64,000 bases of DNA from an uncultured bacterium. Its GTDB lineage: Bacteria; Patescibacteriota; Minisyncoccia; Phycocordibacterales; CAIRYW01. The stretch is taken from the NCBI GenBank assembly GCA_963766885.1, contig CAVYBO010000002.1:365521-429520 (forward strand), read 5' to 3'. Positions 1 through 10,743 of the stretch are shown here, piece after piece. The first letter of the stretch is position 1. Each line of letters starts with the position of its first letter. The position numbers were made by a program, and so were the translations under genes. The notes beneath the pieces are model-generated. The model ran no database searches, was not told where the DNA came from, and saw nothing but the letters and a program-made list of their open reading frames with translations.

Positions 1-923
<923 letters not shown>

Positions 924-927
924 AGAT

Positions 928-1860
928 CTATTTTAGCATTTTCAAAATTTCTTTGGCATCAGCAATCATAGACAAAGCTGTCGGTTCTGGACCTGCTCCA
1001 GGACCAGAAACACTATACAAACTTTCACCTTCTTTTATATAAAGCACATTATTTACTCCTTCTGGAAAATCCAGAACAAAATTTTTAATATTAAAAATTC
1101 CTGCATATATAAACCAGTCCTTAATTTGATATTTTAATCCATCTATAAAATCACCATTCTCAACTTTAGCCATTAAAAACAAAAATCTATACTCTTTTGG
1201 ATTTGAAATGGCTTTTTCGATTATTTGATGTGATATCTCTTTTGGATTTTCAAATTTTATCCAAAGATTAGCGGTATTTGCAATAATGATTGCTTTTCTA
1301 TATAAATCAGAAAGTTCGGTATTTATAATCTCAGTAAACGTTTTTGCATCTGGTTCAGAATATTTATTTTCTAAAATATCTTTTATTACAAGTTCTTTTG
1401 TGGCTCCTTCTGATAATCTTGAAAAGATATAATTAAGCGTGCCGTTTACAACTCCTGTGACACTTGAAATATTTTCTTTATTTCTGCTGTTTAGATACTT
1501 AAGCATCCTAGTGCCTCCGCCAACTGTTGCATTATAGCCGATACTTTTAAGATTAGACTGGAGTTTCTCAAAATATTCTGAAAGAGCACCTTTTTCACAT
1601 GTCACAACTGGAATATTTTTCTCTACACAATATCTAATATACTCAAAAGAAATATCAGCTAAAGATGTTGGAACAGCAATAAAAACAATATCAGCGGCAA
1701 TATATTTTTTCCATTCTGAAATGGAATTTACTCTTTTGCCTTCTCTATCCAAAATATCTTTACTGGTGAGTACAAAATCCACAGACCAGCCAATTCTCTT
1801 TATCTGCTTTTGAAGCTCTTTGCCTATTGAACCATTTCCAATAACTATTGTTTTTATCAC
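928..1860 (-). CDS. homoserine dehydrogenase-like NAD(P)-binding dehydrogenase
   Basis: The N-terminus has the Rossmann motif VIGNGSIG, and the C-terminus has a GPGAGPEPTA motif typical of homoserine dehydrogenase. Confidence 0.55.
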   Translation of the reverse strand: MIKTIVIGNGSIGKELQKQIKRIGWSVDFVLTSKDILDREGKRVNSISEWKKYIAADIVFIAVPTSLADISFEYIRYCVEKNIPVVTCEKGALSEYFEKLQSNLKSIGYNATVGGGTRMLKYLNSRNKENISSVTGVVNGTLNYIFSRLSEGATKELVIKDILENKYSEPDAKTFTEIINTELSDLYRKAIIIANTANLWIKFENPKEISHQIIEKAISNPKEYRFLFLMAKVENGDFIDGLKYQIKDWFIYAGIFNIKNFVLDFPEGVNNVLYIKEGESLYSVSGPGAGPEPTALSMIADAKEILKMLK

Positions 1861-1899
1861 AAAAAAATTATAACAAAGAGTATTTTAATACCTCAGGCA

Positions 1900-2925
1900 T
1901 TATTCAGCGGCAGGAGTTTCCTTTTTTTCTTCAGGCTGCTTTTTTTGGCTATGAGTATGTCCGTCCACTTCGTAGTTCGTGTTTTGAGCTTCAAAAAAGT
2001 TAACTAGCTCAAATACATCTGTTGCTGTGGACATCCATTTGGCCGGGTTGGTTGCATTGTAATATTTTTGGAGCCCCAATTCTTCAAGTCGTCTATCTGC
2101 CACATATTGAACGTATTGATTAACATAATCGGCATTTAATCCGAGAATCCCATTTGGAAAAAGATCTTTATTATATGCTGTTTCCTTGTCTACGCCTTCA
2201 ATGATTAAGTCTCTAATCTCATTTGCAAATTCTTCTGTCAAAAGCTCGCTATTTTCTTCAAGAATATTGTGAACAAGGTTGATTCCAAACTTTAGGTGAA
2301 GCGATTCATCGCGAAGCACCCAGTTGATCATTGAGCCAAAATTCCGAAGCTGGTTTCGCTGACGGAAAGAAAGCGCCACCATAAATCCTGAATAAAACCA
2401 GGTTCCTTCCATGACAATGTTTACTGCAACTAAGTTTCGGATGAATTCTTTTTTGCCTTCAGTGCTTTCAATATCAAGTTTGGTGCTTGTCATCTTTTTG
2501 AAATGCCTCATTATGTACTCTTCCTTTGCCTGCATTGAAGGAGTTTCAAGATGGATTTTGTAGACAGAGTCCCTGTCAAAAGGAAAAGTCTCCAAAACAT
2601 ACTCGAAAGCCACGCAATGATTGGCTTCTTCCCACATCTGCTTGGCAAGATAAAGATGGCATTCCGGAGATTTCAGATATGGATAAACTCCCAAGGCAAG
2701 CACGCGGTTTACAATAAGCTCTGCGGGATTAAAAAAAGCCATAACAAACTTTACAGCGTGTTTTTCATCTTCAGTCATCTTGGTCCAGTCTTCTAAGTCT
2801 TCTTTTAGAGCAATTTCGTGTGGAAACCAGGTGTTTCGAACAGCCTGGTTATACAAATCATAAGCCCACTGATAGCGGATTGGATGCAAATTTACGTCCT
2901 CTGGTTCGGCTTTTCCTAAAAGCAT
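1900..2925 (-). CDS. nrdB: ribonucleotide reductase class I beta subunit
   Basis: It has the R2 ferritin-like di-iron ligand region (EEANHCVAFEY, VNIVMEGTWFYSGF) and is immediately downstream of nrdA. Confidence 0.9.
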   Translation of the reverse strand: MLLGKAEPEDVNLHPIRYQWAYDLYNQAVRNTWFPHEIALKEDLEDWTKMTEDEKHAVKFVMAFFNPAELIVNRVLALGVYPYLKSPECHLYLAKQMWEEANHCVAFEYVLETFPFDRDSVYKIHLETPSMQAKEEYIMRHFKKMTSTKLDIESTEGKKEFIRNLVAVNIVMEGTWFYSGFMVALSFRQRNQLRNFGSMINWVLRDESLHLKFGINLVHNILEENSELLTEEFANEIRDLIIEGVDKETAYNKDLFPNGILGLNADYVNQYVQYVADRRLEELGLQKYYNATNPAKWMSTATDVFELVNFFEAQNTNYEVDGHTHSQKKQPEEKKETPAAE

Positions 2926-2963
2926 ATTTTCTAAAACTATTTAATTTGTAATGAATTGTTATT

Positions 2964-5624
2964 CTACTGGCAAGAATCGCATTGGGCAAGTTCTGCGGGA
3001 TCTGTTGGACAAGTCTTTGAATCGGTCATAATAACATTTGGTCTTGAAGGCATTGCGGCCTGCACTGGCACTGCAACTTTTTCTTTCTGTTTCTCTTTTG
3101 GATTTTCTTTCTCTGGTTTTATTTGAGCCTCTAAAGATTCCGAAGAAATTTTAGCCTTAGATTCTTTTTCTGGTTCTATGTCAAGACTCTTTTGAAGCGG
3201 CATATTGAAAGACTGCGGCGCTATATCGCTTTTGAATCTGACCGCTGCAAATCCCACTCGGCCCATTTGCTTTGACTTATTGACAGCAACAGTAGACTGC
3301 TCGGCGGTGTGTCTTGGTTTCATGTGCAGATAATACGTAGACTTGAGTCCTTTCTCCCAAGCTGTTGAATAAATACTCATCGCCTCATCAATATCCCTGC
3401 TTTGAAGGTACATATTTCTGGAAATCGCCTGATCCATCCATTTTTGAGCGCGCGCGGCAACTTCAATGAACGCATAAGGAGAAGTGGTAAAAGAAGTTTT
3501 GTAAATATTTTTTATGTGGTCTGGAATTCCTTCTATGGCCGAAATATCACCTTGATTTTCAATAATCAAATCTCTTGTCTCTTCCCAAATTCCCATGTTC
3601 TTTAAGTCTCGCACAAGATTATGATTGATATCAAGATATTTTCCTGAAATTTTATTTCTAGAAAAAGCTTGGGTAAATCTAGGATCAATTCCCGGAGTTG
3701 TTCCTGCCACAAGTCCTATATTTGCATTCGGCGCAATTGCCATAAGAGTTGCATTTCGGATGCCTCTTTTCACTTTCGCTCGAAGCACATCCCAGTTGAG
3801 CCCTTTATGCTTGCTTTCTCGAGAAACCGTTATTTTTTCATCTCTATCTTTTTCTAATTTGGCGATTGAATCAAAAGGTACCAAGCCTTTGGACCATTCC
3901 GAGCCTTTAAAATTATTATAAGCACCTCGATCTTGCGCCAGGTTTGCGCTCTCATCAATTGCCATGTAGCTTATGAATTCAAAAATCCTGTCTGCAAAGT
4001 CATAAGCGTATTCGCTATCATACGCCAAGCCGAGCCTCTCTATAGAATCAGCAAAGCCCATCACTCCAAGCCCTACCGCTCGATTTTGTTTGTCAGAGCG
4101 GTCCGCTTCGGGAATCGGAGATTTATTGATATCAATCAGGTTATCTAGCTGATGAACTGCCAAACGCACGCTTTCTTCCAGTTTGCCCCAGTTTATCTCT
4201 TTGTCCTTTATATGTGCTGGCAGGTTGATAGAAGTAAGGTTGCAAACCGCTACATTGTCTTTATCTTGTGGAAGGCAGATTTCAGTACAAAGATTAGACA
4301 TGTGAATAGTCCCAGTATTGTTATTTAGAGCCCTTAAATTGATGGTGTCCTTCCATACAATCCAAGGATGGGATGTTGTTTGAAGTGCAACCAGTATTTG
4401 CCTATATTGCTCTTGGGCTGGCACTTTTTTGAAAGTGCGCATTTTGCCCGCATCAGCAAGTTCTGCATACTCTTTGTATCTTTTGCTAAAAGCTGCGCCA
4501 TAAAGTTCGTTTAGGTCAGGAACATCTGCCGGATCAAACATGTACCAGGAATCGCCGCTTTTCACTCTCTTCATAAACTCATCAGAAACATAAGCGGCAG
4601 TATTTGCAGTTCTCATTCTAAGATAATCGTCTCCAGCATTGTGCTTCCAGTCAATGAATTCTGGAAAATCCAAGTGCCAGTTTTCCATATAGAAACAAAG
4701 CGCGCCCTTTTTCTTTCCACCTCTTTGAATTGCGCGAATTGCGGTATCAATAACTTTTGCAAAAGTTGTCGGTCCGGTTGAAACTCCGCCGAAGTTTGAT
4801 TTGAGCGGTGAACCTGATGCGCGAAGTTTTGTGATTGATGCGCCAAGTCCGCCAGAACCTTTTGACAAAAGCATCACATCAGAAACTGATTTGGCGATAT
4901 GCTCCATATTGTCGTGAATCTCCAAAAGAAAACAATTTGAAAGCGCCGGACGCGTTGTGCCTGCGCCAAGATTTGTTGATCCTGCCGCAATATATTCAAG
5001 CTTGGACATTTTGTTGTAAAACTTGATTGCCCACAAAGTCGGATCTTTTTCGTGGTAAGCAAGTCCCATCGCAACTCTCATAAAAAGAAATTGTGGAGTT
5101 TCAATTGTGCCTTGCTTCATATCCCGAATTGAATATCTGTTCATCAATCCATCAAGACCAGAATAAATAAACAGTTCGTCGCGCTCGGGCTTCAGCGCGT
5201 CTGCAATCTTTTCCAGATTATATTTATCGGCCATATCAGGATGAAGCCTTTTGTCCTTTATGCCGTCCTTTATATAAGAAAGAAAAGCCGCGCGGTGCTT
5301 TTGTTTGAAATCATCAAAGTCATCTTTGTCATATTCGCCGATAACCTTTCTATATACTGTTTTTAATAAGAGTCGTGTAGCAACTTTATCGTATTCTATG
5401 TCCTCTTTGATGTTTTGGATTGCGGTATTGATAGTCGCTTTGTCCAATTCGTCAGTAGTAATGCCATCATACAGAGTCAGTTGTGTTTCGGTAGCAATTT
5501 GAGTAACCATTGAGATTGGATCGAGCATCCCCTGGCACGCGCGTTCTATTGATCGGTTGATTTTATCTGCGTTGAAAGGCACTTTTGTGCCGTCGTGCTT
5601 GGTGATTGAGATTCCATTACTCAT
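2964..5624 (-). CDS. nrdA: ribonucleotide reductase class I alpha subunit, with ATP cone
   Basis: It has an N-terminal ATP cone (ITKHDGTKVPFNADKINRSIERAC), the active-site motif SNLCTEI and C-terminal redox cysteines (CPTDPAELAQCDSC). A K/E/P-rich linker of about 60 aa precedes the C-terminal cysteines. Confidence 0.9.
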   Translation of the reverse strand: MSNGISITKHDGTKVPFNADKINRSIERACQGMLDPISMVTQIATETQLTLYDGITTDELDKATINTAIQNIKEDIEYDKVATRLLLKTVYRKVIGEYDKDDFDDFKQKHRAAFLSYIKDGIKDKRLHPDMADKYNLEKIADALKPERDELFIYSGLDGLMNRYSIRDMKQGTIETPQFLFMRVAMGLAYHEKDPTLWAIKFYNKMSKLEYIAAGSTNLGAGTTRPALSNCFLLEIHDNMEHIAKSVSDVMLLSKGSGGLGASITKLRASGSPLKSNFGGVSTGPTTFAKVIDTAIRAIQRGGKKKGALCFYMENWHLDFPEFIDWKHNAGDDYLRMRTANTAAYVSDEFMKRVKSGDSWYMFDPADVPDLNELYGAAFSKRYKEYAELADAGKMRTFKKVPAQEQYRQILVALQTTSHPWIVWKDTINLRALNNNTGTIHMSNLCTEICLPQDKDNVAVCNLTSINLPAHIKDKEINWGKLEESVRLAVHQLDNLIDINKSPIPEADRSDKQNRAVGLGVMGFADSIERLGLAYDSEYAYDFADRIFEFISYMAIDESANLAQDRGAYNNFKGSEWSKGLVPFDSIAKLEKDRDEKITVSRESKHKGLNWDVLRAKVKRGIRNATLMAIAPNANIGLVAGTTPGIDPRFTQAFSRNKISGKYLDINHNLVRDLKNMGIWEETRDLIIENQGDISAIEGIPDHIKNIYKTSFTTSPYAFIEVAARAQKWMDQAISRNMYLQSRDIDEAMSIYSTAWEKGLKSTYYLHMKPRHTAEQSTVAVNKSKQMGRVGFAAVRFKSDIAPQSFNMPLQKSLDIEPEKESKAKISSESLEAQIKPEKENPKEKQKEKVAVPVQAAMPSRPNVIMTDSKTCPTDPAELAQCDSCQ

Positions 5625-5875
5625 AGTTTTTATAATATTTATTTTTTAAGCTTTCTAAAATATGAAATTAAATTTACACCAGTAATTTTACACCTTTTTA
5701 AAAAGCAAAACAGGTGGAAAAGTGTTTTCTAAGAGCTTGAAAACAAAATTATCGAAATGTGAATAGCTAGTTTTTTTGACTGCATTTTAAAGCCAAAATT
5801 TAAAGACATTTTAGCTATTTTTCTTTTGATGAGTCATCAGTTTACTGCCGTCTATATTGAGAAAAGCTATTCTTA

Positions 5876-6199
5876 TTATATTGTCGCACCCTCTTCTGTG
5901 AATTCCTTGGGTTTCTTTGCTACAAGAGTAAAGAATTCTGAGTTATTATCCGCACCTTGAAATCCTGACCATGTGCCGATTACTTTTTCATCTGGTTTAA
6001 GATTAATTGCCGCATCCATTCGTGTGTCATCAATTGAACCCGCATATTTAGCCACCCTAAATTCAGTCGTTCCTTCATTCAAAGAATCCTGAATCTTAGA
6101 TCTCATTTTTTCTACGTCCTTAGGATCTGCGTCACCGCAATATTCAGCCACTATATCGTCTACAGTTATCTCTCCTGGATTTTCAAATTGATTTGCCAT
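5876..6199 (-). CDS. hypothetical protein
   Basis: It is a 107-aa ORF with coding-like composition and no recognisable motif. Confidence 0.35.
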   Translation of the reverse strand: MANQFENPGEITVDDIVAEYCGDADPKDVEKMRSKIQDSLNEGTTEFRVAKYAGSIDDTRMDAAINLKPDEKVIGTWSGFQGADNNSEFFTLVAKKPKEFTEEGATI

Positions 6200-6258
6200 A
6201 TATTTTTATTACCTTTTTAATACTTTAATAATAAGCTTGGTATTAAATATGTCAAAGG

Positions 6259-6627
6259 TTAGCTTAGTCTCTCTTTGACTCTCTCCACCATTTCTTTGAG
6301 CTTGATATCGGATTTGATTATGTATTCGCTTGCTCCGTATTCGGCCGCTTCAGCGATTTTATCCATGTTGTTTACATTTGTCAGAATAATGACTTTTACG
6401 GTTGACCCCCAAAAATCTTCTCTAAGTTTTTTTAGAGTGGTAGTGCCGTCCATAACCGGCATCAAAAGATCGAGAAGAATAATATCGGGATGTTTTTCCA
6501 GAGCAAGCTTAAGAGCTTGTTCTCCGTCCGCTGCTTCCATGACCTCAAATCCTTCTTCCTGAAACTTGATTGCGAGCGGCTTTCGGATTGTGAACTCGTC
6601 TTCGACAATAAGAATAGTTTTATTCAT
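6259..6627 (-). CDS. response regulator, receiver domain only
   Basis: It has CheY-like receiver signatures: ILIVEDE, DIILLDLLMP, and a conserved K near the C-terminus. Confidence 0.8.
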   Translation of the reverse strand: MNKTILIVEDEFTIRKPLAIKFQEEGFEVMEAADGEQALKLALEKHPDIILLDLLMPVMDGTTTLKKLREDFWGSTVKVIILTNVNNMDKIAEAAEYGASEYIIKSDIKLKEMVERVKERLS

Positions 6628-6636
6628 GATAATAGA

Positions 6637-7581
6637 TTAACTTAATAAATTACCCTCCTTTTTAACCGAATTTCTTATTGGAATTATAGCATAAAAGGTA
6701 GTGCCCACGTTTTCAGTAGATTCAAAGCGGATTTCACCGCCAATGGCCTGCAAAACAGAATGTGTAAGATAAAGCCCCAGACCGTTTCCATCCGATGACA
6801 GGTTGAGGGCGTTTTTGGCGCGATACATTTTGCTGAAAATTTTTGACATTTCCTCTTTTGGAATTCCGATTCCCGTATCGCTTACGGCAATGCATATTGT
6901 TTTGCTGTCTAGGACAGAAAATGAAACCGTAACCTTGCCTTTGCGGTTGGTATATTTCAGGGCATTTGAAATAAGGTTCTGGACAACTATTCTAAGCAAT
7001 TCCGGATCCACAAGCGCAATAGGCAGTTTTTCCTTTTCCTGAAATGATATGGCAATTTCCTTTTCCACCGCTTGCGGGCGAAAGTCTTCAGCAATTTTTT
7101 TACAAAGGACCTCTATATCAGTTTCCTTGGGTTTGATAGCCAGCTTGCCAAGCTCAACCCGCGAGACATTGAGCAATGAATTGACTAGCTTGATCATTCT
7201 TTCATTGGCTTCATAAATGGACTGCGCATATTGATCCCTTGATTCTGAATAAAGATTTTTCGAATCCAAGAGAAGCTCTGTATACCATTTGACCGCAGTT
7301 GCCGGAGTCCGCAATTGGTGAGAAGCAATTGAGACGAATTCTGTTTGCGATTTCTCAATCTCTTCCATATCTATTTTGTTTTGGCGGATTCTTTTGGAAA
7401 TTAAATAAATTATTATCAAAAAAAGAATTATTACGACACTTGCTAGTTGTACTATTATGTCCAAAGGATCAGCGCCCTTGTACATAACCATCACAATCGA
7501 AGCGTAAGCAGAAACTGCAGCAAGTAAAATAGCAACTGCCGCAAGTTTTCTAATATATGAAAAAATCGACGAAGAGTTCAT
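6637..7581 (-). CDS. sensor histidine kinase
   Basis: It has N-terminal transmembrane helices, an H-box (SHQLRTPATAV), a G1 box (DTGIGIP) and a G2 box (GNGLGLYL). Confidence 0.85.
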   Translation of the reverse strand: MNSSSIFSYIRKLAAVAILLAAVSAYASIVMVMYKGADPLDIIVQLASVVIILFLIIIYLISKRIRQNKIDMEEIEKSQTEFVSIASHQLRTPATAVKWYTELLLDSKNLYSESRDQYAQSIYEANERMIKLVNSLLNVSRVELGKLAIKPKETDIEVLCKKIAEDFRPQAVEKEIAISFQEKEKLPIALVDPELLRIVVQNLISNALKYTNRKGKVTVSFSVLDSKTICIAVSDTGIGIPKEEMSKIFSKMYRAKNALNLSSDGNGLGLYLTHSVLQAIGGEIRFESTENVGTTFYAIIPIRNSVKKEGNLLS

Positions 7582-7621
7582 GAAATAATTGTATCATTTA
7601 GATACCTCAAGAATAAATAAT

Positions 7622-7695
7622 GCGCGCCCTCGTGGACGCTGTTGGAACCAGAATAAGAGAACACAACGGGTATATTTTCATTGCAGACCTGAAAG
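7622..7695. repeat. 74-nt intergenic repeat, copy A (diverged at a few positions)
   Basis: It reads gcgcgccctcgtggacgctgttggaaccagaataagagaac...cattgcaga and is shared with 8779-8852 and 9935-10008. Confidence 0.9.
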
Positions 7696-7711
7696 AAAAA
7701 ATAATTCTAAA

Positions 7712-8080
7712 CTAAAAAATGTCGGTCACTCGAGACATTGCGGTTTGGTCCATCTCCGCATCATTATAATTATCAATGTGGGTCCCGATGCACAGCAACA
7801 CAATAACGGTTCCTTTTACAGCAAACCACATTCTGGGAAACTGGTTTGGACGTAATCCAGAATTAGGTACCACAAGCTCAATCTTCCACATTGTCCAAAT
7901 AGCATTCTGTGTTATACGATGTAATTTTGCAGGAGCAATAACTTGTTTAGGGTTTGTGGGATTAAATTGCACTTCGCACAATCGTTGAAATATAGATATA
8001 CCATCATCAATTTGTGAAAACCGCCGCTTAAATGCGGCGATTTCTTTTTGAATACCGTCGTGATAGATAAACTCGATCAT
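7712..8080 (-). CDS. hypothetical protein, possible toxin partner of the upstream Panacea-domain protein
   Basis: It is a 122-aa ORF overlapping the upstream gene by 4 nt. There is no motif match, so the toxin role is inferred from context only. Confidence 0.4.
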   Translation of the reverse strand: MIEFIYHDGIQKEIAAFKRRFSQIDDGISIFQRLCEVQFNPTNPKQVIAPAKLHRITQNAIWTMWKIELVVPNSGLRPNQFPRMWFAVKGTVIVLLCIGTHIDNYNDAEMDQTAMSRVTDIF

Positions 8081-8577
8081 AAATCACTAAAATCAGTACC
8101 ACGATAGAAAGCAAGTTCATACGGGATTTCTTCTCTTAACTCTGTTCCAATGTAAGGAGCTTCGGCGTGAGATAATTCCTCTAACTGTTTACCGTTGAGA
8201 TGACCATACCTCAAAACAATTCTGTCGAGCATTTTTTTTTCTTCTTCATCAAGAGATGATGGTCCCGCGTCTTCAACACAACGATAAACTTCCGTAGGAT
8301 TATATCCTTGGCTACCATCAACCCTTTCAACAGTAATGGTTTTTTTCTTTGCCATATCAGCAGTTACTTCATCAAGCGCAATTGGGAACGGCCCCATTGG
8401 AAGCGCGCGATATACATCTCCAGTTATTGATTTCTGGTTTTTTTCATAAAAATCAAAATCAGCAAAATATAACAATTTCGCTAATTTTTTCTTGCCTCGC
8501 ACTTCACCACCTAATTTTTTACACAAATAAGCAATGGTACTCTGATACTTTTTTTGATTTGAAGTAGATATCACCAT
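8077..8577 (-). CDS. Panacea (DUF4065) domain protein, antitoxin-like
   Basis: KLAKLLYFADFDFYEKNQKSITGDVYRALPMGPFP matches the Panacea/SocA-type core (KLxKLLYFAD...GP). Confidence 0.55.
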   Translation of the reverse strand: MVISTSNQKKYQSTIAYLCKKLGGEVRGKKKLAKLLYFADFDFYEKNQKSITGDVYRALPMGPFPIALDEVTADMAKKKTITVERVDGSQGYNPTEVYRCVEDAGPSSLDEEEKKMLDRIVLRYGHLNGKQLEELSHAEAPYIGTELREEIPYELAFYRGTDFSDL

Positions 8578-8778
8578 ATATATAATTATTATAACAGATT
8601 GGGGAGCACATCAATAAAGACGCTATCCCCACCCTTATTATTACGATAAAACAAGGATATTTGATGCTAAAAACGAAAAACACCCATATAGGATGTCTTT
8701 CACGTTTAGTATACATATTTTATAGAGAAAACTGGCTATATGTCAATTTGAAAGGTACCCCTTTCGGGGCTTTTTCTT

Positions 8779-8852
8779 GCGCGCCCTCGTGGACGCTGTT
8801 GGAACCAGAATAAGAGAACATAACGGTTATATTTTCATTGCAGATTTGAAGG
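8779..8852. repeat. 74-nt intergenic repeat, copy B
   Basis: It is identical to copy C over about 74 nt and is preceded by a cccctttcgggg hairpin. Confidence 0.9.
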
Positions 8853-8967
8853 AAAAGATAAATGAAAATATAAATACCAGATTTTAAAGACGAAAGGCAC
8901 CCATTTAGGATGCCTCTCACGTTTAGTACAGAATATTATATATGAAACTTTTGATAACTAAAGTGGA

Positions 8968-9882
8968 TTAAGAACTAACACCACCTCCAGTGATTGTGAA
9001 ATTAACCGAATTGCTGGTTGTGCCGTTGCTTGTTACAGAAACCTGATAGACACCAGAAGCAGAATTACCAACAAAAATATTTGAGAGAGTGAAGATAAGT
9101 TGGTTGCTATCAACTATTGGTTGACCAACGAGCCATCCTACTACTTTGCCATTTTGACTAAAGTTCACGGTACTGTTTGTGCTAAAGCCACTACCATAAA
9201 TTGTTACCTTTGTACCAGAAGTCCCAGAAGTTGTTGACAGGGAGGATATAGATGGTTGAGTTGAAACTGAATTACCTACAACTTTTAATGAATAAGAAGC
9301 ACTCGTACCTAAACTGTTTGTAATATAGAGATTATAATTTCCAGCAAGTAGGGCTGGGCTATCTGGTACAGCAAGATTTAAAGATGTTCCATTTGCACTT
9401 GCCCACTCTAGATAAGATGTATTTCCCGAGCTAGAAACAAGATACACGTTAACTATATTGCTTAAGTTTTGTCCATACACATTATCAGTAGATGTTGCAC
9501 CGAATGTATTTGATAGGGATGTAATAACTGGTATAGAAGAGGACGTAGTTTGTGTTGAGCCAGAACCCAATACCCCATCTGCATTACAATGAGGAGGATT
9601 GGTTGCACCGTTATAACAAGCCGCTGGAGTTGAACCCTGCTGTGCAAGTAAAGTTTGCAACTCTGCTTCAAGCTGTTGGAGAAGTTGTGTAATGAGCTGA
9701 ATAATTTGCTGTTTTGTAGAAGCCGCAGTAGAAGCACTTACACTTTGTGCAAACACAGGAGAGAAAACTGCTAAAGACAGAAGTCCGACACCCAAGAAAG
9801 AAATATATTTTTTCATATTTGATAATAATTTAGTAATGTAGTAATTATACACTACTGCCCTACAAAACATATCTCGGTTCAA
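8968..9882 (-). CDS. secreted Ser/Thr-rich surface protein
   Basis: It has a signal peptide (MKKYISFLGVGLLSLAVFSPVFA), a Q/L-rich helical segment and an S/T/N-rich low-complexity region. Its 5' ~190 nt are nearly identical to those of 13306-14865. Confidence 0.6.
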   Translation of the reverse strand: MNRDMFCRAVVYNYYITKLLSNMKKYISFLGVGLLSLAVFSPVFAQSVSASTAASTKQQIIQLITQLLQQLEAELQTLLAQQGSTPAACYNGATNPPHCNADGVLGSGSTQTTSSSIPVITSLSNTFGATSTDNVYGQNLSNIVNVYLVSSSGNTSYLEWASANGTSLNLAVPDSPALLAGNYNLYITNSLGTSASYSLKVVGNSVSTQPSISSLSTTSGTSGTKVTIYGSGFSTNSTVNFSQNGKVVGWLVGQPIVDSNQLIFTLSNIFVGNSASGVYQVSVTSNGTTSNSVNFTITGGGVSS

Positions 9883-9934
9883 GTCCCTAAATGGTGTGAA
9901 CTTTTTATCCTTATTTTACTTAACAAAAACCGAT

Positions 9935-10008
9935 GCGCGCCCTCGTGGACGCTGTTGGAACCAGAATAAGAGAACATAACGGTTATATTTTCATTGCAGA
10001 TTTGAAGA
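9935..10008. repeat. 74-nt intergenic repeat, copy C
   Basis: It is identical to copy B and is preceded by caaaaaccgatgcgcg, a junction also found at 14931-14950. Confidence 0.9.
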
Positions 10009-10037
10009 ATAAGTGTGAAGCGATTACAATGTAGTAT

Positions 10038-10664
10038 ATGAAAACTTTTGCTTTTATTGATGCATCAAACTTATTTTATGGAGGAGAGAAAAGTCTCGGC
10101 TGGAAAATTGATTACAAGAAACTTTTGGAATACTTGAAAGAAAAATATAGTGCAGAGAAAGTTTTTTACTTCGGTGGCGTTGAGATACACGACTTTCCAT
10201 ACGACTACCAGACAGAAGATACGGTGCCGATAGAAAAGCTGGACAAGCATCTTGCAGATTTGCTGAAAAACAAAGGAGAAGAACTTGATGAAGCAACTAT
10301 CTTGCTCATTGGCAGACATCTGAAGAGGGTGCAGTTTTACAGAAAGCTCCAAGAGTTCGGTTATACCCTATTTCTTAAACCAGTAAAGCTATACGACCAA
10401 GATGATGGAACCACAAAAAGAAAAGCTAACTGCGATGTTGATATGGCTTTCCACTTGATGAAAGAAAAACATAATTTTACCAGAGCCGTTGTTCTATCGG
10501 GAGATGGAGACTTTCTGCCAGTGCTGAAACACCTCAAGGAAGTTGGCAAAGATGTCTTGATATTAGGCAGAGGTCCAAGAACAGCAAAAGAAATAAAACA
10601 ATTTGCAGGAGATAAGTTTTTAGACTTCACTCGTCTTCAGCACAAGCTATTTTTTAATAAATAA
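10038..10664 (+). CDS. NYN-domain (LabA-like) protein, putative RNase
   Basis: It has an AFIDASNL N-terminus and a conserved acidic core (VVLSGDGDF), typical of NYN/PIN-like domains. Confidence 0.65.
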   Translation: MKTFAFIDASNLFYGGEKSLGWKIDYKKLLEYLKEKYSAEKVFYFGGVEIHDFPYDYQTEDTVPIEKLDKHLADLLKNKGEELDEATILLIGRHLKRVQFYRKLQEFGYTLFLKPVKLYDQDDGTTKRKANCDVDMAFHLMKEKHNFTRAVVLSGDGDFLPVLKHLKEVGKDVLILGRGPRTAKEIKQFAGDKFLDFTRLQHKLFFNK

Positions 10665-10743
10665 AACAGACGGCACCTGCGAAAGATGCCAGTCCACGTT
10701 TAGTGCATTTAGTATATACGATATTTGGCGTATGTAAAGTGCA

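Noticed and set aside
2526-2796. Plus-strand ORFs (63 and 81 aa) inside nrdB
   Set aside because: They are antisense to a strongly supported NrdB coding region, with no motif support. They are ORF noise.
7622-10008. CRISPR array hypothesis for the regularly spaced 74-nt repeats
   Set aside because: The spacing is about 1.16 kb and the 'spacers' are full protein-coding genes. The repeat is non-palindromic and there are no cas genes. It is not a CRISPR.
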